A DNA stretch of 64,000 bases from Desulfatiglandales bacterium (GCA_963667015.2 CAXXJJ010000004.1:3840001-3904000), one strand, 5' to 3'; numbered from the stretch's first letter, positions 9,572-20,444 are shown. A program made the numbers and translations. Notes: generated by a model not told the origin, from the sequence alone.

Positions 9572-10695
9572 TGGAATATGTCTTCATATAATGTATGGGC
9601 ATCAACTGGTGTCAGGTTTAAAATAGTCTGCACGAATCCAACAGATTTTCTTTCAGTAACCAGGAATTCTTTCAAGGCATTAAAAAATGGGCTTATAAAA
9701 ACTTCGGTTGCTACTGAAAAATATTTCTTTGATGGAGCAGGCAAAGTAGTAAATAAGACATTTGCAATAGTTGTGTAATTATTCTGAAAATTTGTATTAG
9801 CTTTATAGATTAACTTATCAGTTTCAAGATTAATTTTTTGCTTCCCTTCATGCCTGGCATACTTGTTAATCTCGTAATAAACAGTTAATGGTGAAACAAC
9901 TAATTGCTCTGCCAATTCCATTATTCTGCTCAATTGTGAAGACTCGCTTGTTAACCTCCTTAATTGAATATATTCTTCCTCTGCAAGCTCTGAATTGAAT
10001 AGTAAAGCTCCCGCAAATAAATCTGCAAAGTCTTCAGCTTCATCACCTTTTAATTCGGGTGATTTCACATGGCCAAGTTCATGGGCCATCCAGAATTTGA
10101 AATCATGTATTTTGCTGTCAAGATTTAAGTAAATCCATGTTGTCATCGATCTTGGTAAAAATACATGTAAAGCGTTTTCATGATTTTTCTTATTGCCCCA
10201 GAAAACAGGAATTAACACTGCATGATGCTTATTAAAGAAATTGATCAAATCGGTAAATTCGATTTTTGAATCACTTAATTTACATATTTCTTTTCTTGCG
10301 GCCCTCGCAACATCCTGAACATATTCATAATCCAACTTAGGTTCTTTTAAAGATGGAGGTAATGATAAATTATCAAAAGGTAAGTATGGTACAAGGCTAT
10401 TCAAGAGAAAGCCTTTATCCTTAGCTTCTTCGATGTATTCTTCTGATATCTTATGTCTACCTTTTTTTCTGAATGCAACAACAGGATCATTAGATGTGTC
10501 TTCTTTGATAACTAATTCATTAAACGAAAGTTTTAAAAGCTGAGCAAGCTTTAATAATTTACCAGGGCGCGGAAATTTATTATTTTTAAACCATTGTGAT
10601 ACTGTCTCTCTCGAAATATCCAATGCTTTAGCAATCTCGGCTTGAGACAAACCAAGTGTTTCAATCTTTTGCTCAATGTTTTTTATGTTGAGCAT
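9550..10695 (-). CDS. XRE-family HTH fused to an ImmA/IrrE-type zinc metallopeptidase
   Basis: LSQAEIAKALDISRETVSQW HTH, VAFRKK, FWMAHELGH (HExxH) and EDFADLFAGALL. GGAGG RBS precedes the ATG at 10695. Confidence 0.85.
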   Translation of the reverse strand: MLNIKNIEQKIETLGLSQAEIAKALDISRETVSQWFKNNKFPRPGKLLKLAQLLKLSFNELVIKEDTSNDPVVAFRKKGRHKISEEYIEEAKDKGFLLNSLVPYLPFDNLSLPPSLKEPKLDYEYVQDVARAARKEICKLSDSKIEFTDLINFFNKHHAVLIPVFWGNKKNHENALHVFLPRSMTTWIYLNLDSKIHDFKFWMAHELGHVKSPELKGDEAEDFADLFAGALLFNSELAEEEYIQLRRLTSESSQLSRIMELAEQLVVSPLTVYYEINKYARHEGKQKINLETDKLIYKANTNFQNNYTTIANVLFTTLPAPSKKYFSVATEVFISPFFNALKEFLVTERKSVGFVQTILNLTPVDAHTLYEDIFQWPAISS

Positions 10696-10726
10696 TTTAT
10701 TCCCTCCAAGGATTCGCATATTTATA

Positions 10727-10766
10727 AGATAATGAAGATGTCAACTTTTGTCAACTTTAATGTTGA
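10727..10766 (-). promoter_or_regulatory. Sigma70-like promoter overlapped by direct and inverted repeats (putative XRE operator)
   Basis: TGTCAACTTT tandem twice (10739-10758) and TCAAC-N6-GTTGA (10751-10766). Minus strand reads TTGACA-N17-TATCTT. Confidence 0.5.
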
Positions 10767-11215
10767 TAATTGTTAACGCGGTTTAAAACGAAGGGAGAAG
10801 TCTCATTTGCGAAGGTTGATTCGACTTTTAATGACGAGTAATTTAGAAGTAGTTATGCTATCGGAAATGTTAATATTGGCAAATCCGATATATAGCATTA
10901 CGAAAAATCAAAATCCGTGAAAATTAAAATTTATTCGTTATATTAAAGTGTTATTGTAAAGGGTGACGCTGTTAAGTTTTAAAGTTTATGAAAACTACAG
11001 GACACAGGTAAACCTAATTATTTTATATCGTTTATCAGTGGGAGCGTAACGCTCTAAGGTTATTAAGTTATTCAAATACGAACCTTAGAATTTAACAGCA
11101 ACCTGTATTTCACTGTTTCCAATATCTAAAAACTCTGGCAAAAAACCGGGCGCTACAAATAAGCAAAAGATGATCGCAGATATCAGATCAAACAAGGAAA
11201 AGAGCATACTGGCAT

Positions 11216-12184
11216 TCATAAATCTTCCTTTTTAAGCTTTTCCATGTATCGATCCCTGTAGTAATCAACAGACTCAAAAATATCATCTCCCGGCATTTCG
11301 CCATCCTCCATAGATTCAAAAGCTGCTCTATTAATAATAGCAGGTTCATAATTCGGATCGATTTCAATTGCCTTATCAAAGGCTTCCATTGCATCTTTTT
11401 TCCGTCCCAGTTTTACGTAGCATAATCCAAGGTTACCATAACTTTGAGGATGATTTTTAATCATGCTTGTACACTCCTTAAAAGCAATAGCAGCCTTTTC
11501 CCACTCCTTCTTTTCCATCAGCGAGAAAGCCTTTTGAAAAATCTCCTGGCCTTTTAGATACTGATCAAGCAAAACACCGTTTGTTTTCATAACCTGTGCC
11601 TCAAGTCCGGAGATAAACTCACTGGCTATAACAACTGTTTTATCTTCTGGCTCGCCTATTTCAATTACTCTTTTGAATGATTTTACAGCATTGTAAATAT
11701 CCAGTTTTCGTCTGTATGCCTCTCCAAGGTTAAAATGTGCTTCCTGCAGATAGGGAAACGCATCTATGGCTTTTTTAAAATAGTAAATAGCCTTATCAAT
11801 GTCATTTTTTGAACCGTAGGCTACACCCATGGCATAATTAAGCAGATAATAGTCAGGATAGGTTATTAATAGTCTTTCAAGAAGCGCTCCGCCTTCATCA
11901 TACCGGCCTCTTTCCATCAATTCCAGCGCTCTGTCAATTTCATTCTCAAGCTCTTCATTAATTTCAATTATAAAAGACCTGTTTTTTTGGCTTCTTTCCG
12001 CTTCATACTGTATGGCCTTATCGAAATGCTGGCACCCTTCACAGGCAATGTCCCTTATTTCTGCACAACATACGGAACATATCATTTCGTCATTATGTCT
12101 TTTACACTTCCTCCGAGCCTTTCCTTTGGAGCAAAGAAAACATTTTTTCTTTTTCATTTTTATTCCTTTTTCAACAGCCTGCAT
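11216..12184 (-). CDS. TPR-repeat protein with a Cys-rich N-terminal metal-binding motif
   Basis: CFLC..C..CSVCC..CEGC at the N-terminus. TPR units include AHFNLGEAY and SYGNLGLCY..AFDKAIEIDPNY. Confidence 0.8.
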   Translation of the reverse strand: MQAVEKGIKMKKKKCFLCSKGKARRKCKRHNDEMICSVCCAEIRDIACEGCQHFDKAIQYEAERSQKNRSFIIEINEELENEIDRALELMERGRYDEGGALLERLLITYPDYYLLNYAMGVAYGSKNDIDKAIYYFKKAIDAFPYLQEAHFNLGEAYRRKLDIYNAVKSFKRVIEIGEPEDKTVVIASEFISGLEAQVMKTNGVLLDQYLKGQEIFQKAFSLMEKKEWEKAAIAFKECTSMIKNHPQSYGNLGLCYVKLGRKKDAMEAFDKAIEIDPNYEPAIINRAAFESMEDGEMPGDDIFESVDYYRDRYMEKLKKEDL

Positions 12185-12352
12185 GTTTCTTCATAAATGC
12201 ATACCCTTGGGTCTTTTTTACCCGTAACTTGATCCCCATTATAGTAGACCTGATTTTTGGTCGTTATAATCATTTTGCAAAAACGAGTCAATTGTTCTAT
12301 TTTTAAAAGAGCGTATATTTAAAAACGATTATGGGTAAATAGGGATCATTCT

Positions 12353-14035
12353 ATGGCAATAAAAGTAATTGGAATTGATGTTGGCGGAACCCATGCCGAT
12401 GGCGTTCTGCTTGATGGCAAAAAGCTTGTCACCAAGGCAAAGCTCCTTGTAAACCAGGACAATCTCAGCGAAACGGTTATTGCCCTGTTGAGGCAGCTTC
12501 TGAAGGATTCATCGGCTGCTGACGTGGACCGTGTTCATCTCAGCTCCACCCTCTGCACCAACGCTATTGCATGCGGAAATATTGATCAGGTGGGAATGCT
12601 GGTGCAGGCAGGACCTGGGATGAATCCCGGTTTTCTGCGCTGTGGAGATTTCCTGCATTTTCTTGACGGGTCAATAGATCATCGGGGAACTATTATAAAA
12701 GAACCTTCGAGGGATCAGGTTCGGGAGGCGCTGGAAGAATTTGCCGAAGCAGGGATTGAATCAGTGGGAATCGTCTGTAAATTTTCCCACCGGAACCCGG
12801 AGATAGAACATAAACTTGCTGAAAAAGCTAAGTCCATGGGTTTTCGCCATATCAGCTGCGGTTCCGCTATCTCCGGACTGCCGAATTTCCCGCGCCGGAT
12901 TTACACGACATGGATAAACGCCGCACTTAAGAACCGCTTTATGACCTTTGCCAAGGCAATCGTTAATGGGGCGTCCGAACTGGGTATTACCGCGCCGCTT
13001 TTGGTGCTTAAGGCGGATGGCGGTACAATGCCACTTGAGCGGTCTGTGCATCTGCCATGTGAATCCATACATTCCGGTCCTTCGGCAAGCGTTATGGGGG
13101 CGCTGGCGCTTTCGCCTCTTGGTGATGATTATGCGGTGGTTGATATTGGCGGCACAACCACGGATATCGGTCTCTTTATCTCGGATCAGCCCCTGATGGA
13201 GCCATATGGAGTGACCGTCATGGGCAGACCGACTCTCATACGCGCACTTGCAACAAAAAGCGTTGGTCTTGGCGGCAACAGCAAAATTACAGCAGAAGGT
13301 GAAGGCTACCGCATAGGACCAGAAAATCTTGGGATTCCGGCGGCCTTTGGTCACGGGGAGATACGTGGAGCGACCCTTTCCGATGCACTGGTTGTGATCG
13401 GCTCAATGGAGGGAAATCGCGAGCGTGCAGAGAAGGCATTAAGACATTTGCATCCGGCAAAGGAGCCTCAACATCTCGCAGAAGAACTTGCCATGAGTTT
13501 TGCTGTCAGTGTCAGAAAGGCAATGGATGAGATGATAGAAGAGGTCTATACCAGACCTGTGTATACTGTTTCAGCCTTTCTCGGTCGTTTCAGACCAGAT
13601 CCGGCAAAGGTCATTGCCGTTGGTGGTCCCAGCAAGGCATTACAGGCAAAGCTTGGCGAGGCATTTAAGCTCCCCTGCATTGTCCCTCCCGATTTTGAGG
13701 TGGCCAATGCCATAGGGGCAGCACGAACACGATCGACACTTTCGGCCACCCTCTATGCCAACAGCGGCGATGGAAAACTTTCAATCCCAGAAATCGGTCT
13801 GCACGAGCGTATAAAGCCAGGGTTTACCATGAAAGACGCCGAAGAAAAACTTACAGAGGCCATAAGTCTACAGGCAAAAGAGTCAAAAATAGCAGGGCAG
13901 TATGAGATCGATTTTATTGAACGTGAAGAGATGAACACGGTGAGGGGATTTTCTTCTACCGGAAGGGTCATTTCCCTGAAGGCACAGGTCAGGCCGGGCC
14001 TGGAACATGCAAACCTGGACAGGCAGGAGGTGTAA
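12353..14035 (+). CDS. Hydantoinase/oxoprolinase A-family protein
   Basis: GIDVGGTHAD, KADGG, SGPSAS, DIGGTTTD, GLGG and VANAIGAA motifs. Confidence 0.85.
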   Translation: MAIKVIGIDVGGTHADGVLLDGKKLVTKAKLLVNQDNLSETVIALLRQLLKDSSAADVDRVHLSSTLCTNAIACGNIDQVGMLVQAGPGMNPGFLRCGDFLHFLDGSIDHRGTIIKEPSRDQVREALEEFAEAGIESVGIVCKFSHRNPEIEHKLAEKAKSMGFRHISCGSAISGLPNFPRRIYTTWINAALKNRFMTFAKAIVNGASELGITAPLLVLKADGGTMPLERSVHLPCESIHSGPSASVMGALALSPLGDDYAVVDIGGTTTDIGLFISDQPLMEPYGVTVMGRPTLIRALATKSVGLGGNSKITAEGEGYRIGPENLGIPAAFGHGEIRGATLSDALVVIGSMEGNRERAEKALRHLHPAKEPQHLAEELAMSFAVSVRKAMDEMIEEVYTRPVYTVSAFLGRFRPDPAKVIAVGGPSKALQAKLGEAFKLPCIVPPDFEVANAIGAARTRSTLSATLYANSGDGKLSIPEIGLHERIKPGFTMKDAEEKLTEAISLQAKESKIAGQYEIDFIEREEMNTVRGFSSTGRVISLKAQVRPGLEHANLDRQEV

Positions 14036-14036
14036 A

Positions 14037-15359
14037 ATGACCACAACCCAATTTATGCCCAAAGCGCCTCGAAAAACCGGAATCATTCTTTTTCCTGCCT
14101 TTGACTGGTGCATCAGCCCAAGTCATCCCGAGCGCGAGGAAAGACTGCTCTATACACGGGATCAGCTTTTGGAAGAGGGGCTAGGGGATGTGGAAAACAT
14201 CTTTTTTTTCAACCCCGAACTTGCAGATTACAGGGATATCGAAATGGTGCATCTCTGCGCCTTTCCGCCGCAGGATCTCATGAGTGAATCCCACCTTATC
14301 TCTGCAGGCGGCGCTGTCCTGGCAGCAAAGAAGGTGATGGAGGGAGAGGTGGAGCGGGCCTTTGCCATTGTCCGTCCCCCGGGTCATCACGCCATGCAGA
14401 CGGTCTTTGGCGACCGGGGTTTCTGTATCGTCAATATAGAAGCTATTATGGTTGAGTTTATCCGGAGACATTACGGTGTGCGTAAAATTGCCATTGTTGA
14501 CACAGACTGCCACCATGGAGACGGAACACAGGATATCTTTTACAATGATCCGGACACACTTTTCATTTCGCTGCACCAGGATGGCCGAACCCTCTATCCG
14601 GGCACAGGTTTCCAGGATGAGTTTGGCGGACCGGCGGCCCAGGGCTACAACATCAACATACCTCTACCGCCGGAGACAGGGGAGGAGGGGTTTGACATGG
14701 TCACTGAACGTGTGATTCTCCCCATTCTTGAGGAATTTCAGCCGGAGCTTATCCTTAACTCTGCGGGTCAGGACAATCACTATACCGACCCCATTACCAA
14801 CATGAATTTTACAGCCCAGGGCTATGCACGGCTCAATCAGGCAATCAATCCTCATATCTGTGTGCTTGAAGGGGGGTATTCCATTGAAGGGGCGCTGCCC
14901 TATACAAATCTTGGCATTATCCTGGCAATGGCCGGACTCGATACCAGTCATGTTAAAGAACCGGATTACGACCCTGCAAGGTTTGTGCAGTCCGGTAAGA
15001 TGAATGCCTATATAGAAAGCATTTGCAGCAATGCCCTTGATATCTTTGCCAATCGAAAAAAATGGCAAAAGGTTACACGCAGTGAGATTGTTGAAGAGAG
15101 AAAATCAATTTATTACGATACCATAGGCATTGGAGTTGAACAGCTTCGACGATACCATCTCTGCCCTGATTGCCCGGGTTATACCGAAGTGGCTGCATAC
15201 GGTGATGGAAGTGTTGTTTCAGGCTTTTCTGTTCCCTTTAATGCCTGCCCGAAGTGTGGACAACTTGCAAGGGACGGCTATGCAAAGGCAGCAAAAAGAA
15301 AGAAAGATGAAAGGATCATTCTGCAGGATCGTTTTAACGACCTGTTTGAAATCGCATAG
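14037..15359 (+). CDS. Histone deacetylase-family amidohydrolase with a C-terminal Cys-rich extension
   Basis: HPEREERL, RPPGHHA, GFC, DTDCHHGDGTQ, SAGQD and LEGGY motifs, then CPDC..CPKC. GGAGG RBS precedes 14037. Confidence 0.9.
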   Translation: MTTTQFMPKAPRKTGIILFPAFDWCISPSHPEREERLLYTRDQLLEEGLGDVENIFFFNPELADYRDIEMVHLCAFPPQDLMSESHLISAGGAVLAAKKVMEGEVERAFAIVRPPGHHAMQTVFGDRGFCIVNIEAIMVEFIRRHYGVRKIAIVDTDCHHGDGTQDIFYNDPDTLFISLHQDGRTLYPGTGFQDEFGGPAAQGYNINIPLPPETGEEGFDMVTERVILPILEEFQPELILNSAGQDNHYTDPITNMNFTAQGYARLNQAINPHICVLEGGYSIEGALPYTNLGIILAMAGLDTSHVKEPDYDPARFVQSGKMNAYIESICSNALDIFANRKKWQKVTRSEIVEERKSIYYDTIGIGVEQLRRYHLCPDCPGYTEVAAYGDGSVVSGFSVPFNACPKCGQLARDGYAKAAKRKKDERIILQDRFNDLFEIA

Positions 15360-15378
15360 GGCTTAAAATCAAAAATTA

Positions 15379-16743
15379 TTAAAGGCCTCCAAGCCTTGGA
15401 AGCAGCATAGACGCAAAACTCAGGACAAAAAAGAAACCGCACATGTCCGTGACGGTTGTCAGTAAAGGACTGGAAACCAGCGCCGGATCAAGTTTTAACC
15501 GCCTGAGGATAAGGGGCAGCATTCCGCCTATAGTAACTGAAACCAGTGTATTGGCTGCCAGTGCACCACCTACTACAACTCCGAGCCAGGGATTTCCCTT
15601 CCATAGGAAAGCAACACCGCCAAGAAGCAGACCAAGGGTAAGGCCGTTAATGATACCCAGCCTGGCTTCCTTTGCAAGTACCCATAATAGTTCTCCCGGG
15701 CGTACCAGACCAAGGGATAGTTCACGCATTGAAACTGCAACCGCCTGATTACCAGAGCAGCCGCTCATGTCGCTGACCATAGGGAGAAAAACCGCAAGTG
15801 TAATAACCGCGGCAAGGGTATCCTGATACAATGCAATTACAGTCGCTGCGATGATATTTAACACAATATTCATGCTCAGCCATGAGAGGCGGCGTCCGGA
15901 GCGGGACAACAGCGGCATTGTTCGAAACTCCTCCCCTCCAATGATACCGCTTAACCGAAGAAAGGTTTTTGTCTTTCTTTTATTGACAGCTTCTTCAACT
16001 GCATTTGGCAGCACCACACCGACCAGTTTATTATCATCGTCAACAACAGGCACACCAAAAAGATGATGCTCCTCAAAAAATTCCTGAAGATCCTTAAGTG
16101 AAGAATTATCGGAAACACAAAGAGGAGAAGAGAGCATGACCTGACTGAGCAGTGTCTCTTTATTTAAAAAAAGCAGATCATGAATTCGAAGAACGCCTAC
16201 CAGTTTATTCTCCGGATCAACCACATAAAAATATTGCACATGATAATCAATATATTCTTTCCTGTTCGCCCTCAGGTCATCCAGGACATTTTTGATTGTT
16301 CTATCAAATCTATATGCAAGGAACTCGGAAATCATAATCCCTCCGGCACAGTCAGGAGAGTACTCCAGCATCATCCTGGCTTCATCTGCATCTTCCCGGT
16401 CCATTTTATCCAGAATCGCCTCACTGGACTCATCATCCATTTCTCCGAGCACATCAGCAAGGTGATCGCTTGCCAACTCCTCCATAATGGCTGCGGCCTG
16501 TTCAATAGGCATATCTTCAACCAAATCCGCGGCCTGGATTTCAGGGATATCTTCAATTACATCAGCCGCATCTGCCGGCAGGAGAAGGCTTAAAACCTGC
16601 TGCTGTTTTTCCTCGGTTAGCCTTGACATCGCCCAGGCTGTCTCGGATGGACTGAGGGAATTGATGAAGGATGTCAATTCAACACGATCTTTTTTATCAA
16701 TTAACTCACTTAGTTTTTCCATTGAGAGATTTAATTCACTCAT
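15379..16743 (-). CDS. mgtE: Magnesium transporter MgtE
   Basis: Acidic N-domain, CBS pair, and transmembrane region with MSGCSGNQA and DPALVSSPLLTTVTD. Confidence 0.92.
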   Translation of the reverse strand: MSELNLSMEKLSELIDKKDRVELTSFINSLSPSETAWAMSRLTEEKQQQVLSLLLPADAADVIEDIPEIQAADLVEDMPIEQAAAIMEELASDHLADVLGEMDDESSEAILDKMDREDADEARMMLEYSPDCAGGIMISEFLAYRFDRTIKNVLDDLRANRKEYIDYHVQYFYVVDPENKLVGVLRIHDLLFLNKETLLSQVMLSSPLCVSDNSSLKDLQEFFEEHHLFGVPVVDDDNKLVGVVLPNAVEEAVNKRKTKTFLRLSGIIGGEEFRTMPLLSRSGRRLSWLSMNIVLNIIAATVIALYQDTLAAVITLAVFLPMVSDMSGCSGNQAVAVSMRELSLGLVRPGELLWVLAKEARLGIINGLTLGLLLGGVAFLWKGNPWLGVVVGGALAANTLVSVTIGGMLPLILRRLKLDPALVSSPLLTTVTDMCGFFFVLSFASMLLPRLGGL

Positions 16744-16758
16744 AATTTGCCTCTTCTG

Positions 16759-18318
16759 CTATTCCGTCCGGATAATTTCAATCTTGTTTTTGGCTTTTAA
16801 ATCATACAGGTCAAGCCTTCTGTCATGGAGAGGGCGTACTGTTGCCACATGTCTCTGTTGCGCCAGGGCAAACAGGGCAAGCTCTGAAACCACTACTGCC
16901 TCAACATTTGGATCGGCTATTCCCTCAATACCCTGCTCGGGGAAGGAAAAATCACTCGGGGCAAGTATTGCCGCCTGACTGTAATTCATAAAAGAGCCAA
17001 TCTTTGTTCTCATGTTTCCAACATTTCCGGTCATTGCTACATATACGAAATTTTCAACTGCCCTTGCATGTGCACAATGCCTTACACGATAATATGCCTT
17101 TTTTTCTTCAGTATAAAAGGGGACAAAAATGACCTCAACTCCGGCCAGTGTAAGCAGCCTTGAAAGCTCGGGGAACTCTATGTCATAGCATATCTGTATG
17201 GCAATCCTTGCAAAGGGTGTCTGAAATATCTTTAAACCGGTTCCCGGCTCAATATCACACTCTTCCCGTTCAACCGGTGTAATGTGCAGCTTATCCTGTG
17301 TATAAACATGACCGGTTGGTGTAAAAAGGTGTGCAGTATTATACAGGAGACCATCCCTCATTGTCGGATGAGAGCCGCCTATAATATATATATTATACTT
17401 CCCGGCAAATCGTGTGAACATCTCCACATACCTGTCGGTCATCCCGGCCAGCATCCTGATCATTTCTTTCATATCATTTCCATCAAGACCGCTTATCATC
17501 TGATGCGTAAAATTCTCAGGAAACATAAGAAAATGACAGTGGTATGAATCCGCAGTATTCACAAAAAACTCAACGCTGTCTTCCATCTCCTGCCAGTCCC
17601 TGATAGGACACATCAAATACTGGGCGCCGCAGATCCTTAAACGCCTTACTGCACGCTTGGGTACATATGCTGACGTAATCCGCTTTTTAGCGATGTTATA
17701 ATCCGGATTCATCATTTCAAGGTATGTTGAATAATTAAGGCTCGACGCATCCTCAGTAATATCGAGCTGAACCTTTTTTACCTGAAACCCTGCCTTTAAA
17801 TGGGCATTAAGTGCGGAATCTCTTAAATCTCCTGCAATTACCTTCTTTACATACTGGTCGGCAGACATCCTGCCCGCATAATCCTTATAACCCGGGATAC
17901 GGCCATAGGCGATCATTCGCCGGAGGTTAAACCGCTGCAGGACGCTCTTCCTTTTTTTATATAGAAGCATTGCGATCCCTCGCTGTCTATATTCGGGATC
18001 AACTGCGATATCCGCGCCATAAAGGGTATCTCCGTCAGGATTATGAGTACTGAAGGTTCCGGCTCCGGTTATCTCGTCAACATTATACCAGAAGTCATCT
18101 TCTATATTTACGATAACAGATGTAGCATAGCCCGCAACCCTGCCGTCAACAATCGCTACAAACTGGCCGGCGGGAAATACCGCAAGCTGCATCTCGTAAT
18201 GCCTTGGAGTAAAGATATATTCTTCGGTATAGTCAGAATAGGCCCTTCTGCTGCATTCAATAATGCCGGGAATATCTTCTTTCTTCCATCTCCGGACGGT
18301 TATTTTTGATTTTGCCAT
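16759..18318 (-). CDS. GNAT acetyltransferase / carbon-nitrogen hydrolase fusion
   Basis: N-terminal GNAT (LYGADIAVDPEYRQRGIA). C-terminal nitrilase triad motifs FPE, QDKLH and ICYDIEFPE. Confidence 0.88.
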   Translation of the reverse strand: MAKSKITVRRWKKEDIPGIIECSRRAYSDYTEEYIFTPRHYEMQLAVFPAGQFVAIVDGRVAGYATSVIVNIEDDFWYNVDEITGAGTFSTHNPDGDTLYGADIAVDPEYRQRGIAMLLYKKRKSVLQRFNLRRMIAYGRIPGYKDYAGRMSADQYVKKVIAGDLRDSALNAHLKAGFQVKKVQLDITEDASSLNYSTYLEMMNPDYNIAKKRITSAYVPKRAVRRLRICGAQYLMCPIRDWQEMEDSVEFFVNTADSYHCHFLMFPENFTHQMISGLDGNDMKEMIRMLAGMTDRYVEMFTRFAGKYNIYIIGGSHPTMRDGLLYNTAHLFTPTGHVYTQDKLHITPVEREECDIEPGTGLKIFQTPFARIAIQICYDIEFPELSRLLTLAGVEVIFVPFYTEEKKAYYRVRHCAHARAVENFVYVAMTGNVGNMRTKIGSFMNYSQAAILAPSDFSFPEQGIEGIADPNVEAVVVSELALFALAQQRHVATVRPLHDRRLDLYDLKAKNKIEIIRTE

Positions 18319-18655
18319 CTTAAAAAAATCTCCTGGATTTTTCGTTTATCTGCTCGAGGCTTGCTTCATTCACAGTATCCTGAGAAACATCTACAGTCAC
18401 TGAAAGGGAAGGGAATCAGGCCTGAAACCCTCGGGATACAGGAAGTCATCACCCAGAGCCGTGAGTATAGCACATCAATGTACTGTGTGGGTTATTTTTC
18501 TATCTGCGGCCGGTCGGTTGATGAAACAACTGGGAAAATGATATCAAAGGGAAATATTTTTTCGGTTCCCTCATACCGGCCATAAACATTGTCAGTTATT
18601 ATATAGAAAGGAAAACACTTTATATCAGGGCACATTAAAGGTTCATTGAGAAAAT

Positions 18656-18688
18656 AAAAGCCGGCATATCATTAAAATATACCGGCCT
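18656..18688. terminator. Hairpin downstream of aor, putative terminator
   Basis: AAAAGCCGGCATAT...ATATACCGGC, with a U-tract on the minus strand. Similar to the hairpin at 21282-21318. Confidence 0.5.
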
Positions 18689-18713
18689 GTAATTATGATC
18701 TTTTATAAAACCT

Positions 18714-20444
18714 TTAAACCTCCATCACCCTGTCAAGCTCCTCTCCGGGGATATCAAATACGGTGTCATGGGGAGGCAGCTTCTCTTCCAGGAAAAATTC
18801 CGGCAAACGATCATGGACCGATGTAAAGCCCGCGCCTGTATTAAAATCCTTTTCCATTTTAAGGATCTTTCGTCCCAGGGCGAAGATATCGTCTCCTGTG
18901 ATTGACCATCCATATTTTGCATTTACCATATCCACAACAGCCTCAAAGGCATCGGGTATGTCCAGGGCGGCAAACGCCACGAAAAGACAAAGACCCGCCG
19001 CATCCACCGCCGCTGTAACTGCCTGCAGGGCCTTTGATGTCTCCACCTGGCCTTCAGGTTTCAGAGGATCAACATTTCCTCCGACCTTGAGGATATTCTG
19101 GCAAACCGCATATCCTGCAGTATGATCGGCTCCCATTGTTGATGTTGCATATGTGACGCCCTGGCCCTTGACGGCCCTTGGGTCATATGCCGGCATTGCC
19201 TGTCCCTTTACTACAGGCACCCTTCTTACACCAAAGACCTTGCCTGTTACAGCCGCCCCTGATCCAAGTATCCTGCCCAGGGGGCTTCCCTTTCCTATCT
19301 CGGCAAGCAGTTCCTCTGCCCCTGCAGCATCACCGAATGACTTTACTCCTCCGTCCATGGCCACGGCCACGGCATTTCCTGTTTCTATTGTATCAAGACC
19401 GATATCATCGCACCCGTAATCAAGCCTGGCAATGGCATCAAGATCATCTATGCCGCAGTTCGGGCCCCATGCCCAGACTGTCTCATACTCGGGCCATTTG
19501 GAGACAAACTCACCCTCCTTATTATTATAGGTACCCGAACATCTTATGACACACCCTGACATGCACCCTACCGAGACCTCACCTTTTCTTTCCTGGGTAA
19601 GTTTGTTGAGGGTTTCCCCGGACACATTCTCTGCCTGTTCAAATCGGCCTGAACTGAAATTCCGGACAGGAAGCCCCCCTGCCTCGTTGATGATATTTAC
19701 CAGGATATCGGTGCCGTAGGATGGCAATCCCTGACCCGATACAGGATGATCCATAAGGGCCTTTGCAAAACGTTTTGAGGCATCCTTGAATTTTTCCGTG
19801 TCTTTGACAGGGGCAGCCGCACCACCGGTTGGATCTATTATTATGGCCTTAAGTCCTTTTGAACCCATAACCGCTCCGAGCCCTCCGCGGCCTGCATGCC
19901 TTGATGGCCTGAGTTCCCTGTCGGTGAGTGCAACGCTTGACCCTGCAAGCTTCCATTCCCCTGCCTGGCCTATACTGACATATCCTGCCTTGTCTCCGAA
20001 CTCCTTTACAAGGGCATCCACGGTATCATAGTTACCGAGACCCTTAAGATTATCGGCCGGGGACAATTCCGCCTTGTCTCTTCCGATAAACAGCTTGTAG
20101 AGCCTTCCGTCCTCTATGATTCCTTCAATGATTATTGCCGAGATATCCAGCCTGGCCATATAACCGCCTGCCTGGCCTCCGGAGTTTGCCTCCTTGATTC
20201 CGCCAGTTAAGGGGCTTTTCCCTCCCACCGAGATCCTGCCGGAGTTTGCGCAGTTGGTTCCGGATAAAAGTCCCGGCGCAAAAACCAGCTTGTTATGCGG
20301 CCCTATGGCATTGCAAGCAGGCTCAACCTCCGAGGAAATAACCGCCGAGGTGAGCCCTCTGCCTCCCATACCTGTATAGGCCTCGGGAAGCTCTTCATTC
20401 TTCACAGTAAGATCAGACATATTAACCCTGATAATTTTAGGCAT
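18714..20444 (-). CDS. aor: Tungsten-dependent aldehyde:ferredoxin oxidoreductase
   Basis: GGRGL, KSPLTGGIKEANSGG, GRGGLGAVMGSKGLKAI, CMSGCVIRC, PEYET, GLDTIE, YDPR and GADHT motifs. Confidence 0.93.
   Translation of the reverse strand: MPKIIRVNMSDLTVKNEELPEAYTGMGGRGLTSAVISSEVEPACNAIGPHNKLVFAPGLLSGTNCANSGRISVGGKSPLTGGIKEANSGGQAGGYMARLDISAIIIEGIIEDGRLYKLFIGRDKAELSPADNLKGLGNYDTVDALVKEFGDKAGYVSIGQAGEWKLAGSSVALTDRELRPSRHAGRGGLGAVMGSKGLKAIIIDPTGGAAAPVKDTEKFKDASKRFAKALMDHPVSGQGLPSYGTDILVNIINEAGGLPVRNFSSGRFEQAENVSGETLNKLTQERKGEVSVGCMSGCVIRCSGTYNNKEGEFVSKWPEYETVWAWGPNCGIDDLDAIARLDYGCDDIGLDTIETGNAVAVAMDGGVKSFGDAAGAEELLAEIGKGSPLGRILGSGAAVTGKVFGVRRVPVVKGQAMPAYDPRAVKGQGVTYATSTMGADHTAGYAVCQNILKVGGNVDPLKPEGQVETSKALQAVTAAVDAAGLCLFVAFAALDIPDAFEAVVDMVNAKYGWSITGDDIFALGRKILKMEKDFNTGAGFTSVHDRLPEFFLEEKLPPHDTVFDIPGEELDRVMEV

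Noticed and set aside
18361..18585. 74-aa ORF in the GNAT-aor intergenic region
   Set aside because: TTG start, no RBS or motif, and nothing supports coding.
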